64,000 nucleotides of DNA, from positions 23,264-87,263 of IMG/VR virus record IMGVR_UViG_3300020576_005098. The stretch is one strand, 5' to 3'. This DNA comes from a virus. Its lineage: Duplodnaviria > Caudoviricetes. The first letter of the stretch is position 1. Each line of letters begins with the position of its first letter. This document shows, in pieces, positions 43,344-53,590 of the stretch. Position numbers and translations under genes: made by a program. Below the pieces are notes generated by a model, which was given only the letters and a program-made list of their open reading frames with translations, did not search any database and was not told the origin of the DNA.

Positions 43344-46300
43344 TCAGTCAGTCAGAACAAAAATCTTGTTCTGAAAACAAGAAAATCCAAACTCACTTTT
43401 ATCGAGAAGAGCAACGACAATATCGTTCGGTTTCAATCCAACCTCACCCTTCCAACCCCAAATAAAACAAGTGTGTTCCTTGTTCATCTCAGCAAACAGC
43501 TTCAGTTTCAAATAAAGCTTGCCGGTTTTGGTTGTTGCCAGTTCCGCAGATGAAACAACAGCCCAATAATTTCCCTTCTCTTCCCAATCGTCAATACTGG
43601 AAAAGCCAAGCTCATCCAGTTTGGCTTTAACGTTGGCAGAAACAATCAAGTCAAAATCAACACTTCCGGCAAGCTCCTTTGAAAACTCAAGCTTTTCGGC
43701 CAGAGTCCAATCAGGAACATCCTTGGTTGCTTCAATAGCGTCAAGCAAGGCTTTACCAACGTCGTTGTTTTTCTTCCGCGCCGAAGTTCTTTTCAGCATG
43801 TCGTACTGACCAATCAAAACATCATGAACTTGGCGATAGTTCTGGAAGAGTTTCCCCGGCCCAACACAATCCAATGAACCAAGAGCTTCGAGTTTTATGA
43901 GAGCACTCAGGGCACTCTTGTTAAACTTGCTGTGTCGCCAAGTTCCATCAGGGTTAACAAGAAGTTCCAGTGGATTGTTGTAAGGTCTAAACCGCAGAAT
44001 CTCTTGCGTTGCAGCTTTTCCAACATGAGCAATCCCACTAAATCCCGGAACCAGTGTTTTTGAAAGAGAAGGATGAGGGTTGATATCAAACCCAGAGTTG
44101 TTGATGTCTGGTTTTGCCAGTTTGTATCCAAGTCCTTTGGCTTCTTTCAATGCAATGGCCTTGGGATCTTCTTTTCCAGTTACCTTTCCTTTGCTAGTAG
44201 AACAGTAGTCGATATAAGTCGCAACCCACTCATCGGGGTAATATGTCAAGAACCAAGCGCACTGCCACGAAGTAATTGCATAACAAACTGCATGGGATTT
44301 GTTGAAGGAGTACGAAACGAGCTTTTCCATTTCATCAAAAACCTCGCCGGTAATCTCCTTGGAAATTCCATTCGTTGTGAAACACAACTCAGTAAACTTG
44401 TCACGAAGAGCATCACGATCAGCTTGTGCTTTTGCCTTGTTGCTAATGTCTTTCTTGGTAAACGCCTTTCTAATTCCGTCTGTTTCTTCCAGGGGAACAC
44501 CTGCGAGTTTGTGGTAAATCATCTGAAGCTGTTCTTGGAAGACCAAGAGTCCAGAAGTTTCAGCAAACACTTCTTTCAACAATGGATGTTTGTAACCAAC
44601 ACTCTTTGGGTCTGTCCTGTTCTTCAAGAACTTCTGATCAACCTTTGCTCCAAGAGGACCAGGACGGAAAATCGAGGTTGCAACCGCAATGTCAAGAATG
44701 CTTCGCGGCTTCATCTTCCGCATAAACTCTTGAGTGTTCGGTTGAACAAACTGGAATACTCCTGTGTACCTAGAATCCCAGAACACATTCTTGTAAACCT
44801 TCTCATCCGTCATTGGATTGTTGTCCGGATGAAGATTGTTGTCAAACCACGCTTTAATCTGAGCAAACGAAGGGTTTGGGTTTCCTTGTTTGATCAAGAT
44901 ACGACGAATACAGTTTTCAAACATGCGAAGAGTTCCAAGACCAAGGATGTCGAATTTCAGCAGCCCGAATTCTTCCAAGTGACGATAGTTTAATCCTTCT
45001 GGCCAAGGTGTCTGCAAATCACCGCCAGACTTGATCAAAGGCATTCCCTCACGAGAGTTTTCTGTGATGATCACACCTCCAGCATGACGGCTCAATCCTC
45101 TCATCTGCTTGAACAAAACCTTGATCGTTGTCTGGAATTCAGGAAACTCTTCCATCAAATTCCTAAACGTCTCTGAATTCTTCAGTGCTTCTTCGTAAGT
45201 CAGCACCCAAACCTGTCTATCAAACCCAGGTTCTTGCTTCGCAACAGCCAACGCTTCCGCTTCGATCTTCCCCGTTGCTGCATTGATCTTTTCAAATGGA
45301 AGACCATAAAGCCTTGCAACGTCCTTGATCAAACTCCTCAATTGGAGTTGAGCGAAGTTGGAAACAGGAATAACGTTCTCTTCTCCAAAGAACTGAATGA
45401 GAAGCTGGACTGCTCTGTCTCTATCCGAAAAGTCTGAGTCAATATCAGGAAAGGAGTTTTTCTTAAACTTTGTGAGGAACCGCTCGAATACCAATCCAAA
45501 CCTGATTGGATCGGTTTGTGTGAGGTTGAGAGTGTAAGACAATAGAGATCCAGCAGCCGAACCTCTTCCGTTTCCAATCAACATCTCATCGCCAACAACC
45601 TTCATGATCTTGTGATAAGTCAAGAAGTATTTCGAGAACTTCAGTTCCTTGATTGTTTCAAGTTCATGACGAAGCCTGGAAATATATTCCTGCTCCTTGG
45701 ACTTTCCAACACGGCGCAATCCTTCAATGGCAAGCCGCACCAATTCCTTGAAAGCAAGGTCATCCTCAGACATGCCCTCAGATCGCTCCAGGAGCTTTTC
45801 TAGCGGCTCCCGATCCACGATCCTGGCCAGGGATGGCAACTTGATTTTGCTGTCAATAGAAACGCTCCCAATTTGATTGTGGGCGATGTCATGAGTCAAC
45901 TCAATCGCATCACAAATCGTTTGATCATCATAAACCCCAGGATACAGCTTTTTGAGATCCAAGTAAGTGTCCCAAAGTTGCTCCGCGTTCTTTGGATAAA
46001 GTTGACACTTCAACTGAGAAACATCTTCTGGAAGAGTGCTCGGATTAACACTTCCCTTTGTCTTGGAAGCCCAAGCCATCGCCTTGTAAATCTCACGTTC
46101 ACGCCAGTGCTCTGGGCGAGAGTAGTGCGAGTCAACAGTAACAACCATCTTCAAGCCAGTACGCTTCGCCAACTCCATCAAGTGATAATTCACAAGATGT
46201 TGCGCGCCAAGTTTGTTGAACTGAAGCTCCAGATAAAAATTCTCTGGACCACCAAGAACCTCAACAAACTTATCAGAAACCTCTTTCAACTCTTTCTGAA

Positions 46301-46979
46301 TAACCTCCAGGTTGTTGCTGTTTACAGTCCAATCTTCCCAAGGAACGGTTTGGTCTTGGTGGTTGAAAACAATCCGAGACAATCTGCCACCAAGACATGC
46401 ACTGGAAGCAATGACGTTGCCTTTGGCATGACGACGAAGAATGTCAAAGTCCATGCGTGGATAACGATACAAACCACTGATGTAACTCTCTGAAACCATC
46501 TGGAACAGAGACTTCAAACCGTCATTGTTTTTTGGAAGCAAAACCAAGTGACTTCGCTGAGTGATGGGATCAGAAAACTTTGAAGTTCCCTTCGATTCAC
46601 TCTCAACCTCCACAACCGTTCCACCATCTTCCGATTCTTCTGGGGCAACCTCCTCGGCCTTCCCAGAAGCCAAAGCTTTTTCAAGCCGCTTGGTTTCTTT
46701 CTGCTCTTGAAGAAGAACCTTCCAATCTAAAAGAGAATCAATGAAATAAGCCTCGACACCAGGAATGGCCTTGAAGTTCACACCCTTTCCAACCAGTTTT
46801 TTGGCGTGAAGTTGTTGGTGCGAAATACCATTCATAGAGCCGTGGTCTGTCAGAGCAATACCATCCATGCCATTGCTCAAAGCAAATTCAATGTGCTCTT
46901 GTGGGAGACCAATAGCATCCCCAATCGAAAAGCAGGAATGAGCATGAAGCCCAACAAAGTGTCTGGGTTTGATCGTCAT
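43344..46979 (-). CDS. dnaE: DNA polymerase III alpha subunit
   Basis: PHP HAHS..S..D, LTDHG; GRGSAAGS; FERFL; PDIDSDF; SRHAGG; KFDILGL; RPGP; FQEQ; YSFNKSHA. Confidence 0.97.
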   Translation of the reverse strand: MTIKPRHFVGLHAHSCFSIGDAIGLPQEHIEFALSNGMDGIALTDHGSMNGISHQQLHAKKLVGKGVNFKAIPGVEAYFIDSLLDWKVLLQEQKETKRLEKALASGKAEEVAPEESEDGGTVVEVESESKGTSKFSDPITQRSHLVLLPKNNDGLKSLFQMVSESYISGLYRYPRMDFDILRRHAKGNVIASSACLGGRLSRIVFNHQDQTVPWEDWTVNSNNLEVIQKELKEVSDKFVEVLGGPENFYLELQFNKLGAQHLVNYHLMELAKRTGLKMVVTVDSHYSRPEHWREREIYKAMAWASKTKGSVNPSTLPEDVSQLKCQLYPKNAEQLWDTYLDLKKLYPGVYDDQTICDAIELTHDIAHNQIGSVSIDSKIKLPSLARIVDREPLEKLLERSEGMSEDDLAFKELVRLAIEGLRRVGKSKEQEYISRLRHELETIKELKFSKYFLTYHKIMKVVGDEMLIGNGRGSAAGSLLSYTLNLTQTDPIRFGLVFERFLTKFKKNSFPDIDSDFSDRDRAVQLLIQFFGEENVIPVSNFAQLQLRSLIKDVARLYGLPFEKINAATGKIEAEALAVAKQEPGFDRQVWVLTYEEALKNSETFRNLMEEFPEFQTTIKVLFKQMRGLSRHAGGVIITENSREGMPLIKSGGDLQTPWPEGLNYRHLEEFGLLKFDILGLGTLRMFENCIRRILIKQGNPNPSFAQIKAWFDNNLHPDNNPMTDEKVYKNVFWDSRYTGVFQFVQPNTQEFMRKMKPRSILDIAVATSIFRPGPLGAKVDQKFLKNRTDPKSVGYKHPLLKEVFAETSGLLVFQEQLQMIYHKLAGVPLEETDGIRKAFTKKDISNKAKAQADRDALRDKFTELCFTTNGISKEITGEVFDEMEKLVSYSFNKSHAVCYAITSWQCAWFLTYYPDEWVATYIDYCSTSKGKVTGKEDPKAIALKEAKGLGYKLAKPDINNSGFDINPHPSLSKTLVPGFSGIAHVGKAATQEILRFRPYNNPLELLVNPDGTWRHSKFNKSALSALIKLEALGSLDCVGPGKLFQNYRQVHDVLIGQYDMLKRTSARKKNNDVGKALLDAIEATKDVPDWTLAEKLEFSKELAGSVDFDLIVSANVKAKLDELGFSSIDDWEEKGNYWAVVSSAELATTKTGKLYLKLKLFAEMNKEHTCFIWGWKGEVGLKPNDIVVALLDKSEFGFSCFQNKIFVLTD

Positions 46980-47179
46980 TTGATAGGTTCAATCCTGTGT
47001 TGATGAAGAGAGTGAACTTCCTTCCTCAGAAGCTCAACATCTTTGCGGAGTTGTGCAACATCTTTAATCAGGCTTTTAACCTCAGAGATGCAATCTTTGA
47101 TTTGTGCCAAGTTTTCCTTGGCATAGCTCAGGAGAGCTTGAACACCTTGAAAAACTTGTGTTTCATGCTTTGTAGACAT
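46976..47179 (-). CDS. small coiled-coil protein
   Basis: Start ATG 47179 (MSTKHETQ), coupled to dnaE. Confidence 0.55.
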   Translation of the reverse strand: MSTKHETQVFQGVQALLSYAKENLAQIKDCISEVKSLIKDVAQLRKDVELLRKEVHSLHQHRIEPIK

Positions 47180-47738
47180 TAATGTAATACTTCTTCCTCT
47201 CTCGTGTGAGATTCTTTTTTGCTGCGTGCTGGCTGCTACCATCATCCCATTTTACTCGGATGGTAGGCAACTCTACATCGTCAGAATAAACCGTTCCAGT
47301 GTAAAGAATTCCATCATAAGTTGCCTGAACCCTGGCTCCAGGAAGAAACACAGGCCAAGGAGGAATCCAATTCGGATCACGAACACTCGCAGCAGGAAGA
47401 TCGTGACGCAAAGTCAAAATCCCGTCAATGTCATCTTCAATCGGGGCAGAAATGTTTTGATTGCTTAGCGCAACCTTTTCCGCCTGCTCCTGGCGTTGCA
47501 GCAAAGCCTTGCGAACCTCCAAGTCGGCAGCACGCTTTTCAGCAGCACGCTGCCGAAGCTCCTCATTGCTGGGACGACCCTTCTTCTTCATAGGCTTCTC
47601 TTCAACCTTCCCCTTCTTTCCCTTCAGCTTCTTTCCCTTTGACGGTTTAGAAACAGGTGTCACCGCACCCCGCTTCGCCATCATCACCGTCGAGGTTGGA
47701 ACGCCATCATTCCTGAAAATGTTCGTGTACGTCTTCAT
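47163..47738 (-). CDS. basic protein with C-terminal SH3/Tudor-like domain
   Basis: KKKGRPS basic region; GARVQATY...GTV...RVKWDDG. Confidence 0.55.
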   Translation of the reverse strand: MKTYTNIFRNDGVPTSTVMMAKRGAVTPVSKPSKGKKLKGKKGKVEEKPMKKKGRPSNEELRQRAAEKRAADLEVRKALLQRQEQAEKVALSNQNISAPIEDDIDGILTLRHDLPAASVRDPNWIPPWPVFLPGARVQATYDGILYTGTVYSDDVELPTIRVKWDDGSSQHAAKKNLTRERKKYYINVYKA

Positions 47739-47769
47739 GCCCAATCCATACCATGCCCACAATCAAACG

Positions 47770-48096
47770 TCAAGGCATTATCCAGGCCGCCAAACCTTTT
47801 CTACCACCACTCACCCATCCCAAACCACACAGCCCCGTAATAAGGCGTATAAGTGCCGTAGCGTCGATCCACAACTCTCCTCGTGTCCGACCAACAACAA
47901 TCCCCCGATACTTTCCTCTCGGTCCCTGTGCTTTTCTAAGTTGTTTGTCAAAGAGCCTTGAGTTTAAGTTGTTCTGGGTGTGGTTGTGGAGGATAACCAG
48001 AAGAGGGATCCAAGAGAGATATTCTAGGAATATAGGAAGGTCATGGTTGCCGAGGGTGATAACAGACCCAGACAAGACAAAGCCCATTTCCAACAT
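47770..48096 (-). CDS. hypothetical protein
   Basis: 108 aa, hydrophobic segments. Confidence 0.4.
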   Translation of the reverse strand: MLEMGFVLSGSVITLGNHDLPIFLEYLSWIPLLVILHNHTQNNLNSRLFDKQLRKAQGPRGKYRGIVVGRTRGELWIDATALIRLITGLCGLGWVSGGRKGLAAWIMP

Positions 48097-48144
48097 GAAA
48101 GTCAGAGATGGGCTCGAAAACTGAAACCTGCGTTTTGGGAAATC

Positions 48145-49005
48145 TTAGTATCGGCCTTCAATCACACTGCTTGGGCGAATAAACAACGAATGAGTCCTTG
48201 CATGTGCTGGAAACAAAACGAACTGACCGTCAGCATTTGTGTATCCAATCATTTCCTTGGTGATGTGCGTGTGAGGAACATCACAATCAGCTTCACATTG
48301 CTCTTCCATGCACGCCTTCAACTCCAAAACAGGTTCTTGACCTTCTACCGAATGCCAGCGAACATAATCATCGTATGATACAGACACTGTGCAAAGTTTG
48401 TAATGTTTGGGATTCATTGGGTCTTTCAAATCGACCACGAAATTATCCCTCCAGCCACCTGATCCATCAATCATTCCATAGCCCCACCGCCCACACGGAG
48501 ACAACCCATCAACATAAACCCTCCCAGAAATTTGTTTTTCTCCCATCTCAACATCCGTCAAATTGATAGGAAGAAACCCATCACACAAATAAGCGTAGTC
48601 CTTGCCTGTCTCTGGATGATTCTCAATCAACAAGGAGATGATCCTGCTACTATAAGCGGTTGTGTTGAACAACACTTCGCCACGTTTCTTGTCGTAGCAG
48701 CGAATCTCGTGAACCCAACTAAAATTGAAATCTTCGGGGTGTTGCAAGATACGGTTCTCGTATTTCAGTGAAACAAATCCATAGCGATCAGAACCAGAAT
48801 AGGAAGTCCAAGGGTTAATCGGCTCATAACTCTTTGGTGCAATGACTCGCGCAATAAACTCACGATATTCCTCGTGTTTTGGGCGAATGAATTCTTTCAT
48901 TGTAAGTTTGATTCCGTTGGCTGGGGTTAAATTGATTGGTGAAGAAGAGGAAGAGAAGGATCGCCGCCGCAAGAACATTGCAGCCAATCCTCCCACCACA
49001 AACAT
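48145..49005 (-). CDS. hypothetical protein
   Basis: 286 aa. Confidence 0.65.
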   Translation of the reverse strand: MFVVGGLAAMFLRRRSFSSSSSPINLTPANGIKLTMKEFIRPKHEEYREFIARVIAPKSYEPINPWTSYSGSDRYGFVSLKYENRILQHPEDFNFSWVHEIRCYDKKRGEVLFNTTAYSSRIISLLIENHPETGKDYAYLCDGFLPINLTDVEMGEKQISGRVYVDGLSPCGRWGYGMIDGSGGWRDNFVVDLKDPMNPKHYKLCTVSVSYDDYVRWHSVEGQEPVLELKACMEEQCEADCDVPHTHITKEMIGYTNADGQFVLFPAHARTHSLFIRPSSVIEGRY

Positions 49006-49176
49006 TCATCGGTGTGAAGCTCTGCTTGTTGATCCCATGAGTCCATCATATCAGCAACCTGTCGCTCCAACAACCCAACATCAACAAAACGGTATTCAAC
49101 CGCTTGATACGGACCAACCATCACAGTCGTCCAAGGAACAACCCTGATGTCTTTCTTTGTTTCATCGCTGCTCATA

Positions 49177-49749
49177 TCAAAGAACAAACCTTCCCCAAGA
49201 CATCGCTCGGATTTCATAACTCCCATGAAAACGAAAAATGTGTGACGACTCTTCAACAACAACACCAGACTCTCGTGCTTCTTGCCAAGCTTTTCCTGGA
49301 CCTCCCATATGAGTGTCATCCATCACAACAATCGTCTTGGCTCCAGCAAACCTCTTGCAGTTTTGAAGATCGCGTTTTGCTGCTTCATATGAATGATCTC
49401 CGTCAATGAAAATCAAATCAAATGAATCGTGCTTGCCATATCCAGGAACAGTCTGAGCACTGTCACCCAAAACCAACTCATGCCGCCCTGGAAACTGACG
49501 ATCAACTTCCTTCTTGCACATGTCGATATAACGATGTGCTCCCAAATCAAAACTCACAACCTCAACCTCTGGACGCATAGCCAACCAACGCTCAGCACTG
49601 TGCCCAGCATTAAAACCAATCTCCATCACTCGCTTCACCCAAGGAAGCAAAACAAATGAGGCCAATGACAAACTCTGCCCAAGAGATTGCCCACTGTGCC
49701 CCTCCATCTCAAAAATCCCGTTCTCAACCAAAACATCATTCACACTCAT
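49177..49749 (-). CDS. class I SAM-dependent methyltransferase (Methyltransf_24-like)
   Basis: MEIGFNAGHSA, SFDLG, LGDS, FDLIFIDGDHSYEAAKRDL, VMDD. Confidence 0.85.
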   Translation of the reverse strand: MSVNDVLVENGIFEMEGHSGQSLGQSLSLASFVLLPWVKRVMEIGFNAGHSAERWLAMRPEVEVVSFDLGAHRYIDMCKKEVDRQFPGRHELVLGDSAQTVPGYGKHDSFDLIFIDGDHSYEAAKRDLQNCKRFAGAKTIVVMDDTHMGGPGKAWQEARESGVVVEESSHIFRFHGSYEIRAMSWGRFVL

Positions 49750-50135
49750 TTTTTCTTCACACTCCTTTTCTTATTCTTTTTTTGTTGTTGCTGTTCTGAA
49801 CCCGAATCATAATCATTGCTGTTTGCCGGTTGAATCACCACAAAGTCTAAGACATGAACTTTTTCCAACAGTATACCATTTCCCAATAAAACACTCGTAA
49901 GAAAGTTGCTCACCACAATAGAATATTTCTTGGTAATCACACCAACTTCACCAATGTGGGGCCTCGATTCCCATTCCATTGAATACTCATTCCCAGGACC
50001 ATTCAACTGAATCCTAACAAGAGAACCAATCTCGGCAAGACACCACAACCTGTTAATCTCTCGTATGTGCGAATCACTGTTGTAAGCAGCAGACTCACGA
50101 TAAAGATACGGATTCTCTTCCGTTACCATTGTCAT
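49746..50135 (-). CDS. hypothetical protein (paralog A1)
   Basis: EENPY...GEVGVI...LLGNG..LEKVH.LDFVVIQPA shared with next ORF. Confidence 0.7.
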   Translation of the reverse strand: MTMVTEENPYLYRESAAYNSDSHIREINRLWCLAEIGSLVRIQLNGPGNEYSMEWESRPHIGEVGVITKKYSIVVSNFLTSVLLGNGILLEKVHVLDFVVIQPANSNDYDSGSEQQQQKKNKKRSVKKK

Positions 50136-50464
50136 TTCCTCACCGCCGGTTGAATCACAACAAAATCCAGAAGATGAACTTTTTCGAGAATAGTGCCATT
50201 CCCAAGTAAAATCTTGTAGAGGTTCGTGCTTTCCTCGTAATAACCCTTTCCAACAATCACACCAACCTCACCGATATAAATTCTATGCCAACTCGGAATC
50301 GCCCCCTTGTCTTTCATACCATTCGCTTCAATCCGAATAAGATCGCCAACGGAAATAAGATTTCTCAATCTCTCTTCCTCATTAGCAGATTCTGCGATAC
50401 GAAATGAACGATTCCGAAAAACATAGGGATTCTCCTCGGTTTTCACTCTTTCCATTTCATCCAC
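50132..50464 (-). CDS. hypothetical protein (paralog A2)
   Basis: Same motifs as 49746-50135. Confidence 0.7.
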   Translation of the reverse strand: MDEMERVKTEENPYVFRNRSFRIAESANEEERLRNLISVGDLIRIEANGMKDKGAIPSWHRIYIGEVGVIVGKGYYEESTNLYKILLGNGTILEKVHLLDFVVIQPAVRK

Positions 50465-50958
50465 TCTCTCCTGTCAACATCCGTTTTTCTTACAATCCGC
50501 TCACAAGCAAAACTGCTGGAATATTCCACTTCCACAACAAACCCATTTCCGTCATCCTCAAACTCCCGAACCCGCAAACACCCAACACACCTCAAATCAG
50601 GAAAAGAAGATTTCTCCCAACTTCTTCCAAACCTCAACACCCAATCCCGAACAAAACCCTCCACCAACACCCTCACAGCAGGATTGGAAACGTAAACATA
50701 CAACAAGTGTGTGCTGGAAACAACCAATGGCTTCTCCCAATCACCATCAAAACACACATCTGCAAACTCATGTTCAAGCTCTGCCCTCACTGGACCAATG
50801 GTGATATGTGAAGAAACTTCACATTCCCTGAACAGGTTGTTGTTATCAATGAATGGCCGGTATCCCAACAAAAACAACCTCTGCTCTGGATCGTTTGTGA
50901 CAGTAGACCAACCACCATCCATCATTTCATTCACCAACAAAACTTTACGTCTCATCAT
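50443..50958 (-). CDS. hypothetical protein (paralog B1)
   Basis: EQR.FLL.Y.PFID...LVEGF.RDWVLRFG..WE.S shared with next ORF. Confidence 0.7.
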   Translation of the reverse strand: MMRRKVLLVNEMMDGGWSTVTNDPEQRLFLLGYRPFIDNNNLFRECEVSSHITIGPVRAELEHEFADVCFDGDWEKPLVVSSTHLLYVYVSNPAVRVLVEGFVRDWVLRFGRSWEKSSFPDLRCVGCLRVREFEDDGNGFVVEVEYSSSFACERIVRKTDVDRREWMKWKE

Positions 50959-51475
50959 TTCTTCTCAGCGGTTCAACAACTCGAACCTCTTCCTTCCAAA
51001 TGGTTGAATAATCGGTTTTTTCCTGAATCACAGGAAAAGCTTGAACCTCCAAACCCATGTCGTCAATTTCACAAACCTCCAACAAGTGAAAGATGTCCAA
51101 GGAGGGGAAATGATAACAACTCGTTTCCCACGTTTTCCCAAACCTCAAAACCCAGTCACGAATAAAACCTTCAACCAATGACTTGGTTTCCACCCTGTAA
51201 CAATCAATCACAAGCACACCATCACTCAAAACCAACAAGTTCGGTGCTGTCAAGTCAATGATCTCAAGATCCCAGTAAGTGTCAAGCCGACAAAGTATTT
51301 TGGGTTTGTTGAGAATAAAGTCAATGAATGGCTTGTACTCCAAAAGAAATCGTCGTTGCTCATCTGAGAAGAAATTTGAATCATCAGAACTCCAACCACG
51401 ACAACGCCAATTCGCCCTGCTCCCACTCAAAAGCATCTTGGTCCCACTCAAAAACAAAACTCTTCGGATTGCCAT
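50945..51475 (-). CDS. hypothetical protein (paralog B2)
   Basis: Same motifs as 50443-50958. Confidence 0.7.
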   Translation of the reverse strand: MAIRRVLFLSGTKMLLSGSRANWRCRGWSSDDSNFFSDEQRRFLLEYKPFIDFILNKPKILCRLDTYWDLEIIDLTAPNLLVLSDGVLVIDCYRVETKSLVEGFIRDWVLRFGKTWETSCYHFPSLDIFHLLEVCEIDDMGLEVQAFPVIQEKTDYSTIWKEEVRVVEPLRRNDET

Positions 51476-51478
51476 TGT

Positions 51479-52018
51479 TCAATACTCAACACAAGTCTTG
51501 GCCAAGCCATCAAATGCCTTCACCAACTCCATACCATCCTTAACGCTCATACCCTTGCCATCAGGACAAACAATCCTGCCCTTCAAAAACCTCGGAACCC
51601 CAACAAACCCAGGAGTATACAACAAACCATTCGGCTGCTTCTTCAACCCATAATGCCAATCACCATCATCCAAAATCGCATACCGCTTGCACCCAACTCC
51701 CTCAACATATGTCTTGAACCTGTCACAACGAAAATCCCACCCGGTTCTCTTGTTCTGCCTACCACCAACAACACCAACCACTGGAGCACTAACCAAACCC
51801 CCAGCAACCAAAACATCCCGCAACTCCTCAAACGAATAATCAAACCGCCAAGCAGAAATCACAACAACACCAACACTCCCAGACACCTTCCGCAAAAACA
51901 TGTCCAGCCTCCGAACCAATGTCGAATCCAAAACATGATTCTCTGCTTCCGTATCCCCATCATTCAAAACACCATCAAAATCCAATCCCAACAAACAATC
52001 AACCGCTGCATCAGACAT
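51479..52018 (-). CDS. HAD phosphatase, Swiss-Army-Knife RNA repair-type
   Basis: LDFDGVLN, VVISAWR, YAILDD; start ATG 52018. Confidence 0.8.
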   Translation of the reverse strand: MSDAAVDCLLGLDFDGVLNDGDTEAENHVLDSTLVRRLDMFLRKVSGSVGVVVISAWRFDYSFEELRDVLVAGGLVSAPVVGVVGGRQNKRTGWDFRCDRFKTYVEGVGCKRYAILDDGDWHYGLKKQPNGLLYTPGFVGVPRFLKGRIVCPDGKGMSVKDGMELVKAFDGLAKTCVEY

Positions 52019-52358
52019 CCTCAACCTCCTCCACATCACAATCAATCAAACAAACCTGACCAACAATACCTTCCTTGGTCAAAACCTCAACACGATAATT
52101 CAAAACATCAACCGCTGGAAACCCAGGATCATACTCAGTCTCAGATACAACACGAACAATCGTGAAAATCTCATCACGAACAATCTCAACAGACTCCTTT
52201 GTGCCACCAGAAACCGACACAACCAAACACGTCAAAAAACCTTTCGGGTTCAAACGATACATCCCACCAGGATGAATCTCAGCACGACTCAAAACAATCG
52301 TGTCATCACCCAAACTCTTAACGTTTGGCTTACCACTCTTCTTTGCTACAACAGCCAT
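52011..52358 (-). CDS. hypothetical protein
   Basis: 115 aa. Confidence 0.6.
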   Translation of the reverse strand: MAVVAKKSGKPNVKSLGDDTIVLSRAEIHPGGMYRLNPKGFLTCLVVSVSGGTKESVEIVRDEIFTIVRVVSETEYDPGFPAVDVLNYRVEVLTKEGIVGQVCLIDCDVEEVEDV

Positions 52359-52359
52359 G

Positions 52360-52662
52360 TCAGTTCAACACCGTCTTCGTGAAAATACCAAGCTTCGCCA
52401 ACGTCGAAACAAATGAACTGGGACTGTGCCAAGGAATCTGATGCTCCTTCAACCCATGTGCAGCAACCTCCATAAACTCCTTGATCGACATGTTCCGAGT
52501 CTGAGGATCCATCTCAGCCAACTCCATCACCAACTGCTCATCAGTCGAATAACTCACAACCTTCCGGTTGCTCTCACCTAACTGAATCGCAACCGCCTCC
52601 CCCTCCACACCAAATCCCATCCTCCGACCCTTGCTCACATTCTTCTTCATTGTCATCTTCAT
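52360..52662 (-). CDS. hypothetical protein
   Basis: 100 aa. Confidence 0.6.
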   Translation of the reverse strand: MKMTMKKNVSKGRRMGFGVEGEAVAIQLGESNRKVVSYSTDEQLVMELAEMDPQTRNMSIKEFMEVAAHGLKEHQIPWHSPSSFVSTLAKLGIFTKTVLN

Positions 52663-53206
52663 CCTCCTTTTCTTGTTGCTCTACACACTCAAATAACCAA
52701 TCGGTTGGTTCCTTACTTCTCTTGTCCCGCCGATCCCCCATCGGACCAGCAGAACCCCTAAACTTAGCCGCAACAGCAGCCCAATTCCGTATCTTCATAC
52801 ACCCTTCCCCTTAACCATACCACATAACCATGCCACACACAAGAAAAATCCCCCGGAAAAATTTCCGCCCCGGAAAAATTTCAAAAGAGAAGAAGAAGTT
52901 CCAGAGAAAATATCTTTTGCGAGATTCGTGGGTCTAGCACCTTCTGTACCAGCAGGCCCCCGCATATCATTACCCAGGGCCCCCCCACCCCCTTTTTGAG
53001 AGGCCCCCCACCATTCCAAAACAACCGGGTAATACCCCCCATATTCATCAAACACCAACACCCCTTCTCTTATCCCAAGACATTATCATTCTTGGTTCGA
53101 GAAGGGGTCATCCGTGCCACAAAACATATCAGATGATTTGGGATGTGTTGGCTGGGAGAAGTGGATCATAAAAGATCCTGGAGGGATTGGAAGGGAGTTG
53201 AGTTGG

Positions 53207-53590
53207 TTATCGAATGGAGAGGTTCACTCGCTCATGAATCATCTCACCTCGCTCAAGCACCGCGGTGGGATTCTGACGAAGCAGCCGGATGGAAGTTCGG
53301 AGAGCGTGTCGGGCCTCACTCATGGTCTTGTAGTCCCGAAGAGCATTCTGGTAATCCAGCCGAAGCTGATAAAGCTCATTCTCGCAAGTCATGTTGAAGT
53401 GCTTCTGAAAAACACGAAGTCCCTTGCTCTTCGGGGGAATGCCGGAAGCAATGTCGGCACGGTTGAGATAGAACCTCTGGAGAGCATCCTTGGTAAGGAG
53501 CACCCGAAGATGTGCCGCACGAAGCATTCCGCGCATCGCAGGCATTCGGGGAGAAACGTTGAGTCGGAGAGCCTTGTTCTGAGTATCCAT
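53207..53590 (-). CDS. hypothetical protein
   Basis: 127 aa, AAGGAA RBS-like. Confidence 0.55.
   Translation of the reverse strand: MDTQNKALRLNVSPRMPAMRGMLRAAHLRVLLTKDALQRFYLNRADIASGIPPKSKGLRVFQKHFNMTCENELYQLRLDYQNALRDYKTMSEARHALRTSIRLLRQNPTAVLERGEMIHERVNLSIR

Noticed and set aside
44073-44993. 306-aa plus-strand ORF
   Set aside because: Antisense shadow of dnaE.
48927-49319. 130-aa minus-strand ORF
   Set aside because: Overlaps both the methyltransferase and the 48145-49005 gene; at most a shorter ORF from 49175, unsupported.
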